DNA of 63,253 nt, filler included, from Psammoneis japonica (lineage: Eukaryota): the NCBI GenBank assembly GCA_008632985.1. It is 10 parts of 10 records of this genome, joined end to end, with 100 filler letters (N's around TTAATTAATTAA, not from the genome) between each part and the next. Parts side by side here need not be neighbours in the genome. Positions count along the whole stretch, not along the records: positions 57,954 to 63,253 come from QPGO01000563.1; 9 more parts are not named here. One strand, written 5' to 3'. A program made the position numbers and the translations under genes. Within the stretch, counting starts at the first letter, position 1. Each line of letters starts with the position of its first letter. The notes beneath the pieces were generated by a model that ran no database searches, was not told the DNA's origin, and saw only the letters and a list, made by a program, of their open reading frames with translations. This document shows, piece after piece, positions 59,884 to 63,253 of the stretch.

Positions 59884-62800
59884 CAGGGTGCACTGGAAGT
59901 GTGGGTCAGCCGGTGCCGGTGTTGCTGGGCAAAGGTGCAATGGCACTTAAAATTGGTTTTTTTTTTTTTGAGATTTTGTTGGCTTCAATTTGATTTTCAG
60001 GAACTTGCACTCTGCAAAAGAGAGCTGGTTTTGTGCCTTGCAGCCTGTGACCTGGCAGAGTTTTCAGGTGGGGTGCTCCTGTGCTCTGGCTTCAAACCTG
60101 ATTGGGTGTTAACGCACGCACTTTGGCACTGTCAATGTTGTGGCCAAAAATGTCCTTGTGACGATTCACTCAGTTTTTCAACAATGGACAATGAGGAAGT
60201 CATCTTGCCTGTGAAGATGGCCAGGATGCAATGACAATGAGACAGCAGATTGTGGCTCCTCCTTGCCATTTGACAAAAAGCTTTTCAAGCTGTGCTTCGA
60301 AGCCTGCACAGGGGCAAGCATGGGCACTGGAGAGCTTCTGGTGGGGTGGTGTCTAGCTGGATCTCACACACATTTAGGAGCTGCAGTCTCCATCAGTGAC
60401 AATGGCAGTGCTGGCAAAATGGCCAAGTTTGCAAGGTCTTGTTTGAACTGCCCAATTGTGAGTTCTTGGAGAATTTGAGGGAGTTTCCATTGATTGTTGG
60501 CAAAGCATGGGGTGGAAACAACTTTGGGGCTGAGGCCAAGGAGTGCGGGTGAAGGTTCCTGAGATGTTGGAGTGGTCTGCCAAAATTGGCACCACCAAAT
60601 CCTGTTGGTCTTGGAGTGCTGCTGCTTCATTGTTGTTTGCTGTTTTGGTTGTAAGAGCCATGGCTGATTTTGTCGGCACAGTGTTGTTGTTGGCAGCATT
60701 GGCTTTCTTCATGGTTGTGCTGTTGGCACAGCTTCTTGGAGAGATCTAACAAGGCACCTTTGCCTTTTTCTTGTGATGAGGTGCCGGTGGTGCTTGGCTG
60801 GCCCCTCTGCCTGTTAGACTGACCCATTGACTTGATGTTCTGGCTGGCAAGTTCTTGACATGCCAGCTGAGAATGTCTCGCATTTTTTTCAAACTCTTTC
60901 TGAGCCAGTTCCTGGATGTTGGCTGGATCAGCTGATGGCTTGGCATCTGGCTGTCTCCATTGCAGCTTGTTCAGCAGCTTCTAAAACAAAACTCTCTTTG
61001 TCCAGTTTTCAAGGCTGGAGTCATTTTTTCTTGGAATCCAAATGGGCAGGCCCAAGGAGAGACAGAGATGCAGTGCCAAACAAACCACTGTCACCACACT
61101 AAATCAAGGAAAGTCAAGATGAAAAGCTCCAGTCTGAGATTGATTGGCCCAAGCTTTCTGTTGGTGGCACCAATGCTGGCTGACACAACAGCTGTTGGAG
61201 ACATGCGTGCTGCTCTGCTCAAAGAGGAGAGATGATCCAAGATGGGGTTGAACAACAAGCCAAAACAGAGAACAAAGAGACAAGCCTCACATGTGAGGTG
61301 CTCCAAGAATGGAGCAAGCATGATGCCCAACCTTCCAAGCTGTCTGAAGTCTGCCATTTGTCTGGCAAGTCATTGACAACTGTCTCCAGCCTTGTGCAGC
61401 AAATTCCCATGGCAGCCCAAGCACCCCAACAACCTCTGGATGCGACCCTAGAAAATTCCCACAAAATTTGCGAGCCATGGCACAAATGCAAAATGCCAAG
61501 AGCTCACAACAGCAATGTGGAGAATTGGTTTCTGGGACCAACAACAATGGGCTGAGCCTCAGCAACATGGGCATGAGGGGTGGTGCTGTAATCCCAGAAA
61601 TGCCAGTGCCTGCAAGCTGGACTTTTTATCTTTGTTGAGTCAATGACAGCTCAGCTCCTCCATTTGGTGCTGTGCCACCCTTCATGTCATTAAAAGCTCC
61701 TCTTCTCTGACAACAACAGACACCACAAAAAATGCCTTCATGTGCAGCTGCAATCTCTGAATGACATGGGTTTCCAAAATGAGACAGAAAATGTGTTTGT
61801 TTTTGGCAACAATGTTGCAGCAACATTGAGAAGGACACTGCTGCTAGAAAAATGATTGAGCAACAATGAGGCAGTTTGTGCAAATGCGCAGCAGCAGGTT
61901 GTGTGGTCAATGACAACATTTTTTCCAGCACATGTTTTGTTGCAAAAAACCAAGAGTGGCATCGGCTGACAGCACAACAGAGACAAAACAAGAGGGAATC
62001 AAACCTGAAAAAAGAACGAAAAGCTTGTTTCAAGCAGACAAAAGGCACTGCTGAAGCACTTCAACAAGTGAGCACGCCCATCCTTGACAGCAATCCGTTG
62101 CTGTGACAAGGGCAGCCCAACTGCTGTGCAGAGCCTTGTGCCTGCAAAATGACAATCATGAAGGAAGAGGAGACAAGGGGCTGCCCAGGGCACTCAAAAG
62201 GGCGTCTTGAGTGGTGGCTGCTTGCGGCAATGCAAGTGGCATGTTGACTGTGCTGGCCTGACTCGGGTGCACAGCACACAGCACTTGGCATGTGGTTTTG
62301 GCAAGTCTGCTTTCTTTGGTCATTTGTGGCTCTCCACTTGATCTGTTTGATGCCTTGCTTGTCATTGGGCTAAAAAAAAACAGCTGCTGTCTGGCTCAAG
62401 CTTCATCTTCCTTGTTCAGCCAGATCGCCTCATCTGGCGGTGGGGTGTCAAAAAATGCCAGGAAACAACACAGGTTGTGCTTTGCAGGAATCCAGCAAAG
62501 CATCACATGTGTCTGCAACCAGCATGCCCATGTCAGGTTCAGAGCAAAGAACATTGCTGTTGCTCAAGCCAAAATTTCTTCTCCCAAAAAGGGCTTGAAA
62601 GAGCAAGTGCACTTGGCTGCACGCCGTGCACTGCACATGCTGGCGTGCATTCATCCAAACAAGCCACCTCAAGTCACAGCACATGCTCAGGCAAGAAATT
62701 TCTGAGCAAAGCACAAATGCATCACCGCAGCTTGACTGTTGCCACAGCACCAAAAGACACTCTGTCAAGCACGCACTGCTGGGGGACGCCTGCCAGAAAT

Positions 62801-63253
62801 CAGCGGCTTGTCTGGCCACCCTGGCTCACAGCAGTGTTGAGGAAGTGCCTGCAAATCACATGTGTCTTGCTGGTTGGACAGAATTTGAGGATTGTTTGGC
62901 CATCCTTTGGGCCCCATCTTGACATTGTCTCCGGGTTGAGCTGCCCTCCTCCCCGCTGATCTTGCTCGGAGGCGGTGTGTCTGCCCAAGCTGAGCCCACA
63001 GCAGACAAGGTGCACACCCCCAGAAAACTGGTTTCTGTGGCAAAACTTTGGGCAGTGACATGATGACAGCTTTTTGCACATTTTTTGATGACCAAACTGC
63101 TGGTGGAGAGAGTGCAAGTCAGCAGCTGCAAGTTGTTAAAGTGTGTGAAATTCTTGGTGGCCAAACAAGACAAGACCTGGTTTCTAAAAAATGCGTCCAC
63201 AACTTGAGCACACCTGCCCTCGACTGCAATCTGCACTCTTTGTTCCAGACAAC
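59884..63253 (+). mobile_element. Probable DNA transposon relic starting at the CAGGGTG terminus, with a TpA/CpG-depleted interior
   Basis: The first 71 bp match 2511-2581 in reverse complement. No transposase motif is recognisable in the interior. Confidence 0.5.

Noticed and set aside
1..63253. tRNA, rRNA or telomeric repeats
   Set aside because: None was recognised by eye. A covariance-model scan would be needed to exclude small RNAs.

Overview
This is eukaryotic nuclear DNA, most likely from a diatom. The evidence is an intron-containing ferredoxin-NADP+ reductase with a bipartite AAA/FVP plastid presequence and diatom-type Copia and Gypsy retroelements. The window is ten unrelated contigs of about 5-7 kb joined by artificial 100-nt N/TTAATTAATTAA/N linkers. 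Intact host genes are FNR/petH, a cysteine/cysteamine dioxygenase, a zinc-ribbon protein and the start of a signal-peptide gene. The rest is pseudogenes, satellites and transposons, including a complete 5.6-kb Copia with LTRs and a TSD, a Copia interrupted by a CAC-ended DNA transposon, and a decayed Gypsy. The main observation is a transposon-focused mutation signature opposite in direction to fungal RIP. TpA is converted to TpG or CpA (A:T to G:C on both strands), preferentially in the RTAY context. Conserved Tyr residues become Cys or His, TAA/TAG stops are depleted and host genes are spared. Secondary observations are a DOT1-like methyltransferase ORF inside a hypermutated block and recurrent TACCGGTA/TACWGTA motifs that look like insertions at TA sites. 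All family calls are from motif recognition by eye, with no database search.
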